Position numbers and translations under genes: made by a program. This document shows, piece by piece, positions 8,156 to 17,897 of a stretch of 24,000 nucleotides of DNA. The stretch's first letter is position 1. Each line of letters begins with the position of its first letter. Below the pieces are notes generated by a model. The model had not been told where the DNA came from and ran no database searches. It was given only the letters and a program-made list of their open reading frames with translations. The DNA is taken from positions 1,206,160-1,230,159 of the forward strand of contig NC_000854.2 in the NCBI RefSeq assembly GCF_000011125.1, in the 5' to 3' direction. The DNA is from Aeropyrum pernix K1 (lineage in GTDB: Archaea > Thermoproteota > Thermoprotei_A > Sulfolobales > Acidilobaceae).

Positions 8156-8640
8156 AGGGACAGCCGAGGGCGCACGGGGCGCCACAGTCAGAGCAGCAGA
8201 GCCACTCCCCCAGCGCTCCCCACCCCAGGGAGCCGCCAAGGCCCCACACCAGAGGCCGCCGGGCCCTCTGGACCCCGCTCAGGGGCGGACAGCGCAGCCA
8301 TACACCATGCTGCCCGCCCCCAGGCGAGCAGCCTACGGCCTCGGGCGATTGGGAGCGGCGGGCTACACCCCTCGAGGGCTAAGCCCCCTCGGGGCTCACA
8401 CCCCCGCCCCATCAACCCCGTCTTCTACGGGAGCCCTCGTGGACGCCGGCACCAGGCCGGCGCCCAACGGCCGCCTCTTTTCGGGGAGGGGTTCCCGCTT
8501 AGATGCTTTCAGCGGTTACCCCCTACGGCTTAGCTGCCCGGCGTTGCCCACCAGGACAACCGGTACACCAGAGGCCGCGGCGCCCCGTTCCTCTCGTACT
8601 AAGGGCACCTTCCCCTCAGGCGGCCCACACCCCCCGCGGG

Positions 8641-8679
<39 letters not shown>

Positions 8680-9320
8680 ACGTTCCCCTTTAATGGGCGG
8701 GCAGCCCCACCCTTGGGGGCTGCTGCACCCCCAGGATGGGAAGAGCCGACATCGAGGTAGCAAACCGCGGGGTCGATGGGGGCTCTCGCCCGCGACGACT
8801 CTGTTATCCCCGGGGTAACTTTTCTGTCGTGCCCGGCCCCCACCGAGGGGGCACGAGCGTGCGCTAGGCCACGGTTTCCCGGCCGGACCCCTTGCTTTCA
8901 GGGGTCCGGTCAGGCCGGCTTTTGCCCTTGCACTCTACGGCGGAGTTCTGACCCGCCTGAGCCGACCTTTGGGCGCCCGTGTTACCCTTTCGCGGGCGTG
9001 CCGCCCCAGCCAAACCGCCCACCCGACGCTGTCCCCCGCCCACCCGGGGCGGGGTTAGGCCCCCGGGCGGGGGTGGGTGGTGTTTCATGGACGCCTCCCC
9101 ACCCCCCGGAGAGGGTGGCTCATCGGCTCCCACCTACGCTACGCACCCCCGCCCGGGGGCCAACGCCGGGCTGCGGTAAAGCTCCACGGGGTCTTCTCTC
9201 CCTGCGGGGGGATGCCGGACTGTGCATCGGCTCAGGGGGTTCACGGGGCCCCGGGCCAGGACAGTGGGGACCTCGTTGACCCGTTCATGCGCGCCGGAAC
9301 TTACCCGGCAAGGCATTTGG

Positions 9321-9824
9321 CTACCTTTCTCCCGGGGGCTCCACCGCCTTATCACAAGGAATAATCTTCAAAATTTCTTCTAGCGAGCGTTTTCGCTTAG
9401 ACTTTTTATTTAGGCTAGATAGGGAGTACGATTTCAATACCAAGTCTCTTATGACGCAGCACTCGACTCGTCTATATTTCATTCGGGTTAACGTTAATAC
9501 AATCTCACGGAACATCTCGAATCCTCTTTTCTTGACGATTAATGGTAGACGATCCAATTTAGGGATTAGACAATCAGCAAGAGCCTCTAGCCTATCAACC
9601 ACATATAATGTTAGATGTTCTTGACCTGGTTTCGGCATCAACCTGCCACAGCCAAAGTAGTTTTTCACCACGTTTAACACGTCTTTGCTGTCTTGTGTTA
9701 TACTGAACACAGGATCGACGCGCACACGACATCTTAGATCCTCTTGAATTTTTATGCTTACTGAGAGGCTAGCTTCGGCATCTATTATTCCCGCCACATA
9801 TCCCTCCAGTAGACACTGATCCAC
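9321..9824 (-). CDS. Single-motif LAGLIDADG homing endonuclease (I-CreI-like size, so presumably a homodimer), encoded in the 23S intron.
   Basis: 167 aa with a GTG start and an in-frame TAG two codons upstream. The LAGLIDADG motif LLEGYVAGIIDAEAS lies at residues 5-19. The sequence is lysine-rich with A+T-rich codon usage, unlike the host genes. The stop TAG (9321-9323) lies in the 3' exon. Confidence 0.85.
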   Translation of the reverse strand: MDQCLLEGYVAGIIDAEASLSVSIKIQEDLRCRVRVDPVFSITQDSKDVLNVVKNYFGCGRLMPKPGQEHLTLYVVDRLEALADCLIPKLDRLPLIVKKRGFEMFREIVLTLTRMKYRRVECCVIRDLVLKSYSLSSLNKKSKRKRSLEEILKIIPCDKAVEPPGER

Positions 9825-9901
9825 TCTAATCTATCCTCAATAAGAAGCCAAGAAACCAAAACCCTAATATATACTGTGACTGGCGGTGGATAACCCCCGT
9901 T
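9328..9901 (-). mobile_element. Archaeal-type 23S rRNA intron (~574 nt) carrying a homing-endonuclease ORF. The boundary can slide by 2 nt because of a TT repeat.
   Basis: The exon flanks join to GTAACCCTGACTCTCTTAA|GGTAGCCAAATGCCTTGCCGGGTAAGTTCC, the conserved LSU sequence. The intron interior is A+T-rich. The termini are complementary (9340-9348 with 9882-9890), as expected for presenting a bulge-helix-bulge splice motif. Confidence 0.85.
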
Positions 9902-10754
9902 AAGAGAGTCAGGGTTACTCCCGGCCTTCAGCGGCGCTTCGCCGGGTTGTACCCCGGTTTCACGGACCGCCAGTGGCCAGGGCTCACCCCCCGTACACAC
10001 CCTTTTCGGGCTAGCGGGGAGCTATGTTTTTGTTAAACAGTCAGGCCCCCCTAGGCACTGCGACCTGCGGTCCCAGGGTTCGAGCCCCAGGACCGCAGGC
10101 ACCCCTTCTCCCGAAGTTACGGGGCCAATTTGCCGAGTTCCCTGGCCCGGGTTAGCCCCCAGACGCCTTGGGCTGCTCACCCAGGGGCACCTGTGTCGGT
10201 TCTCGGTACGGGCGCGGGGGATCCTTCCCCACCCCCTTTTCAAGGGCCCCAGGGGTCGGCGGAACCCGCCATAGGCGGGCCATTCCCCCCTTCGGCCGGT
10301 TCTCGCCGTTACGGCACTCCCCGGCCTTCGGCAGGTTAGCCGGGTCGCCCCCCTAAGGGGGCCCCCGGTCCGCCTACCCCGAGGCGTCGGGGGTGGGGCC
10401 TTGCGTTGCCGCGAAGCGTACCCCCGCGGCACGGGAATGTTAACCCGTTTCCCCTTCCCGGGATCCGTGTTACGGTCCCGGTTAGGACCGGCTGACCCCC
10501 GGCTGACGACCATTGCCGGGGAACCCTTGCCCTTTCCGGCGGCGGGGATTCTCACCCCGCTTCGCTGTTACTACCGCCGGGATCCGCGCTCGGGGCGGCT
10601 CCACCGGACCTCGCGGCCCGGCTTCTACGCCACCCCGACGCCCGCCTACCGCACGCGGCTCCATCGGAGCCGCGGCCCGGGGTCTCGGCGGCCGGCTTAA
10701 GCCCCGACCAATCTTCGGGGCCCCCCGCCTCGGCGGGTGAGCTGTTACGCACTC

Positions 10755-10956
10755 CCTCTCCGGCGGGCACCCCACCCAAAGGGAAATAATAATTAGCATG
10801 ACCAAACTTCGTTAAGAGTCTAAATGCACGCCCTGACTTCTGAGGATGCCTAAATCCTATTAGACTAGTACCTTCTACCCTATCCTGGCATGAACTACAA
10901 AATGTAATACTAAGATTCAGTTAAACCCAGCACCTGGAAGGGTGAGGTAACCCGCC
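10755..10956 (-). other. ORF-less archaeal-type 23S rRNA intron, 202 nt.
   Basis: The exon flanks join to CAGCAGCCATCCTCTAAA|GAGTGCGTAACAGCTCACCC. This is colinear with the uninterrupted archaeal LSU sequence CCATCCTTTAAAGAGTGCGTAACAGCTCACC as I remember it. The core at ~10781-10925 is A+T-rich, and the G+C-rich termini are partly complementary. I found no ORF longer than 20 codons. Confidence 0.8.
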
Positions 10957-11630
10957 TTTAGAGGATGGCTGCTGTTAGGCCCACCTCCCCGCTGTCTTAG
11001 GCGGGGGACGCCCTTTGGCTTGGCACTTAGCCGGCACTTAGGGGCCTTAACCCCGGTCTGGGTTGTTCCCCTCTCGGCCCCCGGGCTTACCCCGGGGAAC
11101 CCCACTCCCGCCATCTACGGCGGCCGCAGGTTCGGAGTTTGACTGGGCGCCGGGGGCTTTACGCCCCCTGCACGCCCAATCAGTAGCTCTACCCCACGGC
11201 CCGGCCTCCGGCGGGGCTGGCCTGCGAGCCACTTCGGCGGGAACCAGCTATCTTCCGGGCTAGATTGGCCTTTCACCCCTAGACGGGGGTCAGGGGAGCG
11301 ATTTGCACGTCAGCACCCTTGCGGGCCTCCACCGGGGTTTCCCCCGGCTTCGCCCTGCCCCCGCCTAGATCGCCCGGTTTCTGGTCTCACGGCCGTGACT
11401 CCGGGCCCTATTAGGACCCCGCCCCTCGCCGGGGTCGCCCCCGGCTGCGGGCCTGTCGGTTTCCCTGCGCCTACGGGGTTGACCCCCTTAAGCTCGCCAC
11501 GGCCGTGAACTCCCCGGCCCGTGTTTCAAGACGGACGGTGCGACCCCGGTCCATCCCCCTCGTACTCCCCGGTCGCCCGGGTTTCCTTCGGGGGTTTCAC
11601 CCCTTTCGGGCCGCACCGTATGTCGCCGCC

Positions 11631-11709
<79 letters not shown>

Positions 11710-12332
11710 GGACGTATTTAGCCTTGGAAGTCGGTTCCTCCCAGCTTCCCACGGCAATACCAAGCCGTGGTACTCTGCCCTGCGGCACGGGCCCCCACGG
11801 TTTCGCCTACGGGGCTATCACCCTCTACGGCGGGGCATTCCAGCCCACTTCGGCTACCGTGGGTCGGCCCGCCGGGGCTCGAAGCCCCAGCCGCAGGGCC
11901 GCAACCCCTCATCCCCCCACGGTCCTCCCGTGGGGGATTGGTTTGGGCTCTCCCCCTTTCGGTCGCCCCTACTCAGGGGATCCCTGTTGGTTTCTTCTCC
12001 TCCCCCTACTCAGATGCTTCCTTTCGGGGGGTTCCCGCCCCCAAACGGGGGCGCTGCGGGCTCTTCGCCCGCAGCGGGAAGTCCCATTCGGGGATCCCGG
12101 GTTCGACGGCTGCCTGCGCCTACCCCGGGCTTATCGCAGCTTGCCACGCCCTTCCTCGGCGCCCGAGCCGAGCCATCCCCCGGGCGGCATAGGTGCCGTA
12201 GGCCCGCCTGGGCGGGGCCCCTAGGGCCCGGCGGCCTGCAGGGTACAGGCGCACCGGCAGCCCCCCAAGGCAGGGAGCGCTGTCTAGGGCGGCTCTGTGC
12301 CCGCACGGGCACCCCGGACCCTCGGCTGCCCC

Positions 12333-12356
12333 CGCTGGTGGATGGAGGCGGCGCTC
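12333..12356 (-). other. 23S rRNA processing helix, 5' strand.
   Basis: CGCTGGTGGATGGAGGCGGCGCTC is the perfect reverse complement of 8132-8155. Confidence 0.75.
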
Positions 12357-12553
12357 ACAGCAGGGCCCCCGGGGCAAGACTGCGGCACGCGCAGTAGCAC
12401 CCCGGGCTAGCCCCCTCGCGCCCTTCGCCCAGGAGCCCACGGCTCCTGAGCTGCATCCCAAAGGCTAAACACAAGCATAAAGGGCTCTAGGACGGCGCCC
12501 ACACCCCCTCACAGGCCTTTCACGAGCCCGCCCCCGGCTGCCGCCTAGCTTCG
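12357..12553 (-). other. 16S-23S internal transcribed spacer without a tRNA.
   Basis: It lies between the 16S 3' end and the 23S processing helix. It contains only short hairpins, such as AGGAGCC-CAC-GGCTCCT at ~12431-12447, and the 3' strand of the 16S processing helix. I could draw no cloverleaf. Confidence 0.7.
12481..12500 (-). other. 16S rRNA processing helix, 3' strand.
   Basis: AGGGCTCTAGGACGGCGCCC is the perfect reverse complement of 14890-14909 (20 bp). Confidence 0.75.
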
Positions 12554-12612
<59 letters not shown>

Positions 12613-12684
12613 GGGGGAGGGGGTTCGACCCCCTCCCGGCGGAGAGGGCCTCACCCCCTCCCCCCTCGGGTGGAGCGACGGGCA

Positions 12685-12721
<37 letters not shown>

Positions 12722-12976
12722 GATGACGCGCGGTTACTAGGGATTCCACGTTCACGAGGGCGAGTTGCAGCCCTCGATCCCAACTGAGGCGGGGTTTGAG
12801 GGATTGCCTCCCCCTTTCGGGGTCGGCACCCGCTGTCCCCGCCATTGTAGCCCGCGTGCAGCCCGGGGGTTTAGGGGCATGCTGACCTGCCGTTGCCCCC
12901 TCCTTCCTCCGCCTTAGCGGCGGCAGTCCCCCTAGTGTGCCCCCCGGGTCGCCCCGGGGATGGCAACTAGGGGCGG

Positions 12977-13007
<31 letters not shown>

Positions 13008-13125
13008 ACCTCACGGCACGAGCTGGCGACGGCCATGCATCTCCCCTCAGCGCGTCGGGCAAGGCCTTCAGCCTGGCCGTCATCCTGCTGTCGCCCCCGG
13101 TGGAGGTTCCCGGCGTTGACTCCAA

Positions 13126-13845
<720 letters not shown>

Positions 13846-13983
13846 GCCATTACGAGAAGACCCCTCCCGCGGACCTTTCAGCCTTGCGGCCGTACTCCCC
13901 AGGCGGCGGGCTTAACGGCTTCCCTGCGGCACTGGGCGGGCTCGCACGCCCGCCCAACACCTAGCCCGCATCGTTTACAGCCG

Positions 13984-14048
<65 letters not shown>

Positions 14049-14241
14049 CAGCCGAGCGCCTTCGCCACTGGTGGTCCTCCCGGGATTAATGGATTTCGCC
14101 CCTACCCCGGGAGTACCCTCGGCCTCTCCCGCCCCCTAGCCCGACAGTATCCCCGCCACTCCCCGGGTTGAGCCCGGGGCTTTAGGCGGGGACTTGTCGA
14201 GCCGGCTACGGGCGCTTTAGGCCCAGTAAGCACCCCGACCG

Positions 14242-14278
<37 letters not shown>

Positions 14279-14379
14279 TCTTGCCCCCCGCTTATTCCCC
14301 CGCCTACTTACAGCGGGGAAAAGCCCCCCCAAGGGGGGCACTCGGGGTAGCCCCGTCACGGTTGCCCGCATTGCGGAGT

Positions 14380-14429
<50 letters not shown>

Positions 14430-14430
14430 T

Positions 14431-14463
<33 letters not shown>

Positions 14464-14642
14464 CGTAGGCTTGGCGGGCCATTACCCCGCCAACTACCGT
14501 GATGGGCCGCAGCCCCATCCTCGGGCGGACCGCGGGCGATAACCCCCCGCGGCCCCTTTCGGCGGAGGACCCTTCCAGGCACCCCCCGCCTATCGGGGAT
14601 TAGCCCCAGTTTCCCGAGGGGTTATCCCCGTCCCGAGGGTAG

Positions 14643-14677
<35 letters not shown>

Positions 14678-14889
14678 CGCAGCGGCGGGGCGTTCGACTC
14701 CCATGGCTTAGCCCTACCCCGATAGCGGTCGGGTCCGGCAGGATCAACCGGAGTTACGGCCGCGGCTGGCCGCGACCCCTAGGCGGCCAGCCGAGGGCGG
14801 AGAGGCTAGTCGCGGGCCCAGAGGGGGAGGGGGAGCCTCCTGTGGGCTCCCCTGGCGTGGGGCGGCTATAAGGGCCGCCCTCCCCTAAG

Positions 14890-14909
14890 GGGCGCCGTCC
14901 TAGAGCCCT
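14890..14909 (-). other. 16S rRNA processing helix, 5' strand.
   Basis: GGGCGCCGTCCTAGAGCCCT is the perfect reverse complement of 12481-12500. A second, imperfect pairing lies closer to the mature ends (14776-14797 with 12526-12548). Confidence 0.75.
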
Positions 14910-14977
14910 GTCGAGCCCGAACTTCCCCGGGGTAGTCGCCCGGGGGTGTTCGGGCCCCCACTTAGCCAAGCGTCAAG

Positions 14978-15017
14978 GGCACCGCCGCTGCTACGAGGCT
15001 TGCGGGGCGGCGGTGCC
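14978..15017 (-). other. Hairpin in the rRNA 5' leader.
   Basis: GGCACCGCCGC (14978-14988) pairs with GCGGCGGTGCC (15007-15017), giving an 11-bp perfect stem with an 18-nt loop. Confidence 0.6.
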
Positions 15018-15042
15018 GAATACTAGTCTAGAGTCCGGAGGG

Positions 15043-15050
15043 TTATAATA
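15043..15050 (-). promoter_or_regulatory. Candidate TATA box of the rRNA operon.
   Basis: The minus strand reads TATTATAA within otherwise G+C-rich sequence. The predicted start at ~15015-15022 lies just upstream of the leader hairpin and about 265 nt upstream of mature 16S. Confidence 0.4.
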
Positions 15051-15094
15051 CTTACGGGGGGGTCTTACTCCTGGGTTAACCGGTTCCCACATAC

Positions 15095-15111
15095 GTTTAA
15101 ACGTTAAAAAC
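15095..15111 (-). promoter_or_regulatory. A/T-rich box GTTTTTAACGTTTAAAC (minus strand). It is either an additional upstream rRNA promoter or the oligo-T terminator of an upstream transcript.
   Basis: It is one of only three A/T-rich islands in 15000-15560 and contains a T5 run and a TTTAAA element. Confidence 0.3.
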
Positions 15112-15125
15112 ACTCGGCGGTTCTG

Positions 15126-15231
15126 GTGTGCCCGCGGCTGGAGGCTGGAGGCTCATCCCTCTAGGAGGCTCTGGAGCCGGGGTTCCACCCCGCGTCGCCC
15201 CCGCGCCGCCGCCGGGAAGCCGCGGGCCCAC
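15126..15231 (-). ncRNA. Candidate structured RNA element of ~106 nt closed by a 14-bp helix. Function unknown, and the strand assignment is tentative.
   Basis: GTGTGCCCGCGGCT (15126-15139) pairs with AGCCGCGGGCCCAC (15218-15231), 13 of 14. Internal features are three GGAGGCT repeats (15140, 15147, 15164) and a GGGG-loop-CCCC hairpin. The element is flanked by a TATA-like CTTTAAAA (15303-15296) upstream and a T5 run (~15105-15109) downstream on the minus strand. Confidence 0.25.
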
Positions 15232-15563
15232 TCTACAATATACGAGGGGAGGGGTAATTCTGTAACGCTGCAAAACCGGTTTAACCCCCACGCGGTTTTA
15301 AAGTAATGTGGGCGCCGGTGACATTGCTCGAAAGGGCGGAAGCCCTCCCGGCTGCGGGGGGCGGTGTAGAGCCCGCGCAGGGTTGAGGCGCCCCGCAAAG
15401 CGTGGGGGTGGTCTTCTCCTGCTTAAAGCCGCGTCACACTAGTGTTATCCTTTGGGTGTGATGAGGCAGGGACGTGGCGGAGCCCCTCCATGGCCAGTTG
15501 GCCTGCGGGTGGGGCTGGGATCGTAGTTGACGCGTCTGACCCTTCAGCGGTGGGTGTGGGGGG

Positions 15564-16322
15564 ATGGAGTACCAGCTCATGGTGGAGATAGTGGAGAAGT
15601 ATGGTCTGCCGGGTCTTGCCATAGTATCCTTTATAAACAACGCCATACCGGGGCTACCCCCCTTCTACTTAACTGTGATATCTGCTTACGCGGCTGTCAG
15701 CGAGAACTCGCACTGGCTTGCAACGGCCCTGTACGCCGGGCTGGGCGCTGGTATAGGCAAGGTCGCCCTCTTTGCGGCCAGCCTCTACGCATTCTCTAAG
15801 ACCGGCCGCGGCCGCCGCGTCAAACAGTACTCCGCCAAGCTCATGGAGTCTAGGCGGGCTAAGGTGAGCCTCGCTATAGCCATCTTCTTCATAGCACTCC
15901 TCCCAATACCCGACGACATAATCTATATACCCCTTGCAGCCACCTTCTACAACCTCCTGTACTTCTCTATAGCCGTCGTAACCGGGAAGCTCGTCCTAGT
16001 CACGCTGTTCTACGGCGTCGGCAGGGCGTCCAAGGGCCTCATAAGCGCCGTGCTAGACTACCTCCTCCCGGAAGCACCAACAGCAGGGTACCCCCTAGGC
16101 GCCGTGCTAGCGCTAGTCGCAGTCAGCCTAGGCTTCAGCCTAGCTATAGCAGCGGTAGTTCTAGCGATAGACTGGACAAGCGTGTACACAGCATACATAA
16201 ACCAGGGCAGCAGAGCCGCGGCCAAAACCTTCTTCAAAGAGATGGCGCGAGTAGCGTCTAACACAAAAACAGCGGTGAGAGACGCGGTGAGGACGGGAAG
16301 ATCGCTAATCTCGAAAGCCTAG
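15564..16322 (+). CDS. Polytopic membrane protein, DedA/VTT(SNARE-associated)-like.
   Basis: 252 aa with about six TM helices. It has two Pro-containing re-entrant-like segments, FINNAIPGLPPFYLTVISAY and ALLPIPDDIIYIPLAA, which recall the DedA/TVP38 repeat pattern. The family call is tentative. Confidence 0.45.
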   Translation: MEYQLMVEIVEKYGLPGLAIVSFINNAIPGLPPFYLTVISAYAAVSENSHWLATALYAGLGAGIGKVALFAASLYAFSKTGRGRRVKQYSAKLMESRRAKVSLAIAIFFIALLPIPDDIIYIPLAATFYNLLYFSIAVVTGKLVLVTLFYGVGRASKGLISAVLDYLLPEAPTAGYPLGAVLALVAVSLGFSLAIAAVVLAIDWTSVYTAYINQGSRAAAKTFFKEMARVASNTKTAVRDAVRTGRSLISKA

Positions 16323-16676
16323 AGACGCCCCACAGCGACCCCTAATTTAAACATCAGATTACAACCGGCTCGACACCCCCCATGATGCACGCCAGTCCTG
16401 AAAAATTTCTAGCATAGCTGTGTGGAAGAAGCATTCACCTCGTAGGGGTATTCTAAAGCCCCCGCGTGGCTGGCGGAAGACTGGGTCAAGATCTTAAAAC
16501 CCGCCTCTATGGAGATTATCGTAGAAAAGACTCGGGATGGAGAGTGGCGGTAGGAAGGTCACGCAGATAACCCTGCCAACGGCTAAACCATTGGTAGGGG
16601 GCTGTGAAGAGGATAGCGGACCCCGACGGGGGCTCTAACCCCCCCAGAATGGGGAGGGATCAACCACCGGAGCCCC

Positions 16677-17897
16677 CTATCTGAGGAGTATTATCCTTTC
16701 GCTCGAGAACTCCCGTGCGGCCGCTGCTATGAAGAGGGCTGTGAAGCCGGTTAACACGGCCATGTGGATTGTCGTGGCTGCGAGGTCGCCTACAGAGGCT
16801 TTTATGACGGCAAGGCTTGCGTGGGTAAAGGGTATTGCCTGAAGCAGTATTGAGAGCCAGGCTGGAAGGCGCGAATAGTCGACTACTAGGGCTGAAAAAT
16901 ATATGGCCAGGGCTACCATTAGCACAATAAACGAGCCGCTCTGCGCCGACCTTATGGTCTCGCTCCTGGCGCTTATGAAGGCCGTGATACCCGCCGTCAG
17001 TATGACTAGGAGGGCTGAGGAGGCAGCCCATGATGCCACAAGAAGAGGGCTCAGAAGCAGGCTGAAGCCCGAGAGGGTGAAGAAAGCGACTAGCGCCAGG
17101 CTGTCGGCCGCAGCCGCCGCCAGGCCAAGAGCGGCGGCTGCGGCGACCTTGCCCACAAGTATCTCAAGCCTCGAAGCACCAGTCAGCAGCAGCTTCTCCA
17201 GAGTCCTCCTCTCCCTCTCCCCGACTATAGAGTCGGAGACGAAGACTATGGCGGGGTTAACCACGAAGAAGAGGCTGAAGGCCACAACCCTAGCGCTCAT
17301 AGCAACCGCCTCCCCCCGGGCGCCCGCGGCGCCTCCCCCAAACCCTATGTACTCCCTCTCAACCTCCAGCGGGTCCAGGAGCCTCTCCACATCAACCTCT
17401 ACACCAGCAGCCTCTGCAAGCCTGGAAACCCTACTCTCCACAACCGCCTCCTCGAACAGGGAAGCATAGCCCTCTACAAGAGATGCCACCTGGCCTGCAA
17501 GGGGGCTGCCCGGGGTAACTACCAGCCTTATAGACACCCTCCCATCGAGGTCCTCGAGCCCCCTGGAGAAGCCTTCCGGGATCACAACTGCTATAGAACC
17601 AAAGGGAGTGTCAAAGCCCTCCACACCACTCAGAATCTCCACATTAACAGCCACGCCCGGCAAACCACTCTCCAGATACTCCGCCAGCCCCTCCGCGAAG
17701 AGGCTAGAGATCTCAGAGCCGTCCTCGTCTACAATGTAGACGTCCATAGACTGGGCCGAATAGAGGCCCCCCGAGAAGATTGCGAGCCCCGGGAGGGCCA
17801 CCAGGGGGAGGACCACCACGTACGCCAGGGTCTTGTAGTCCCTGGATAGGTCTAGCAGCTCCTTCCAGAGTATAGCCTTGACAGCCCAGAGCCTCAA
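16677..17897 (-). CDS. ABC-2 family transporter permease (NatB-like).
   Basis: 406 aa. The N-terminus WKELLDLSRDYKTLAYVVVLPLV and first TM are followed by an extracytoplasmic domain of ~170 aa and then five TM helices. The start overlaps the upstream ATPase stop by 4 nt. Confidence 0.7.
   Translation of the reverse strand: MRLWAVKAILWKELLDLSRDYKTLAYVVVLPLVALPGLAIFSGGLYSAQSMDVYIVDEDGSEISSLFAEGLAEYLESGLPGVAVNVEILSGVEGFDTPFGSIAVVIPEGFSRGLEDLDGRVSIRLVVTPGSPLAGQVASLVEGYASLFEEAVVESRVSRLAEAAGVEVDVERLLDPLEVEREYIGFGGGAAGARGEAVAMSARVVAFSLFFVVNPAIVFVSDSIVGERERRTLEKLLLTGASRLEILVGKVAAAAALGLAAAAADSLALVAFFTLSGFSLLLSPLLVASWAASSALLVILTAGITAFISARSETIRSAQSGSFIVLMVALAIYFSALVVDYSRLPAWLSILLQAIPFTHASLAVIKASVGDLAATTIHMAVLTGFTALFIAAAAREFSSERIILLR

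Noticed and set aside
9785-10000. 71-aa minus-strand ORF spanning the 23S exon-intron boundary.
   Set aside because: It starts in conserved 23S exon sequence and only reads into the 5' end of the intron. It is out of frame with the endonuclease ORF and has no recognisable motif.
12357-12553. Possible spacer tRNA (tRNA-Ala, as in euryarchaeal operons).
   Set aside because: No cloverleaf can be drawn. Absence of a spacer tRNA is the normal crenarchaeal arrangement.
15126-15231. Possible 5S rRNA (closing helix plus a GGAACCCCGG string reminiscent of CGAACCCGGAAG).
   Set aside because: At 106 nt it is too short. The conserved loop C/helix III string (GAAGUUAAGC) and the loop E region are absent.
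15310-15393. Possible tRNA (7-bp closing stem, 84 nt).
   Set aside because: There is no D-stem pairing and no GG in a D-loop. The 17 nt before the 3' acceptor strand do not form a 5-bp stem with a 7-nt T-loop on either strand. I keep it only as a generic structured element.
16383-16400. Possible C/D-box sRNA (ATGATGC ... CTGA).
   Set aside because: The C box is non-canonical and only 9 nt separate it from the CTGA. There is no C' box and no terminal D box within 70 nt on either strand.
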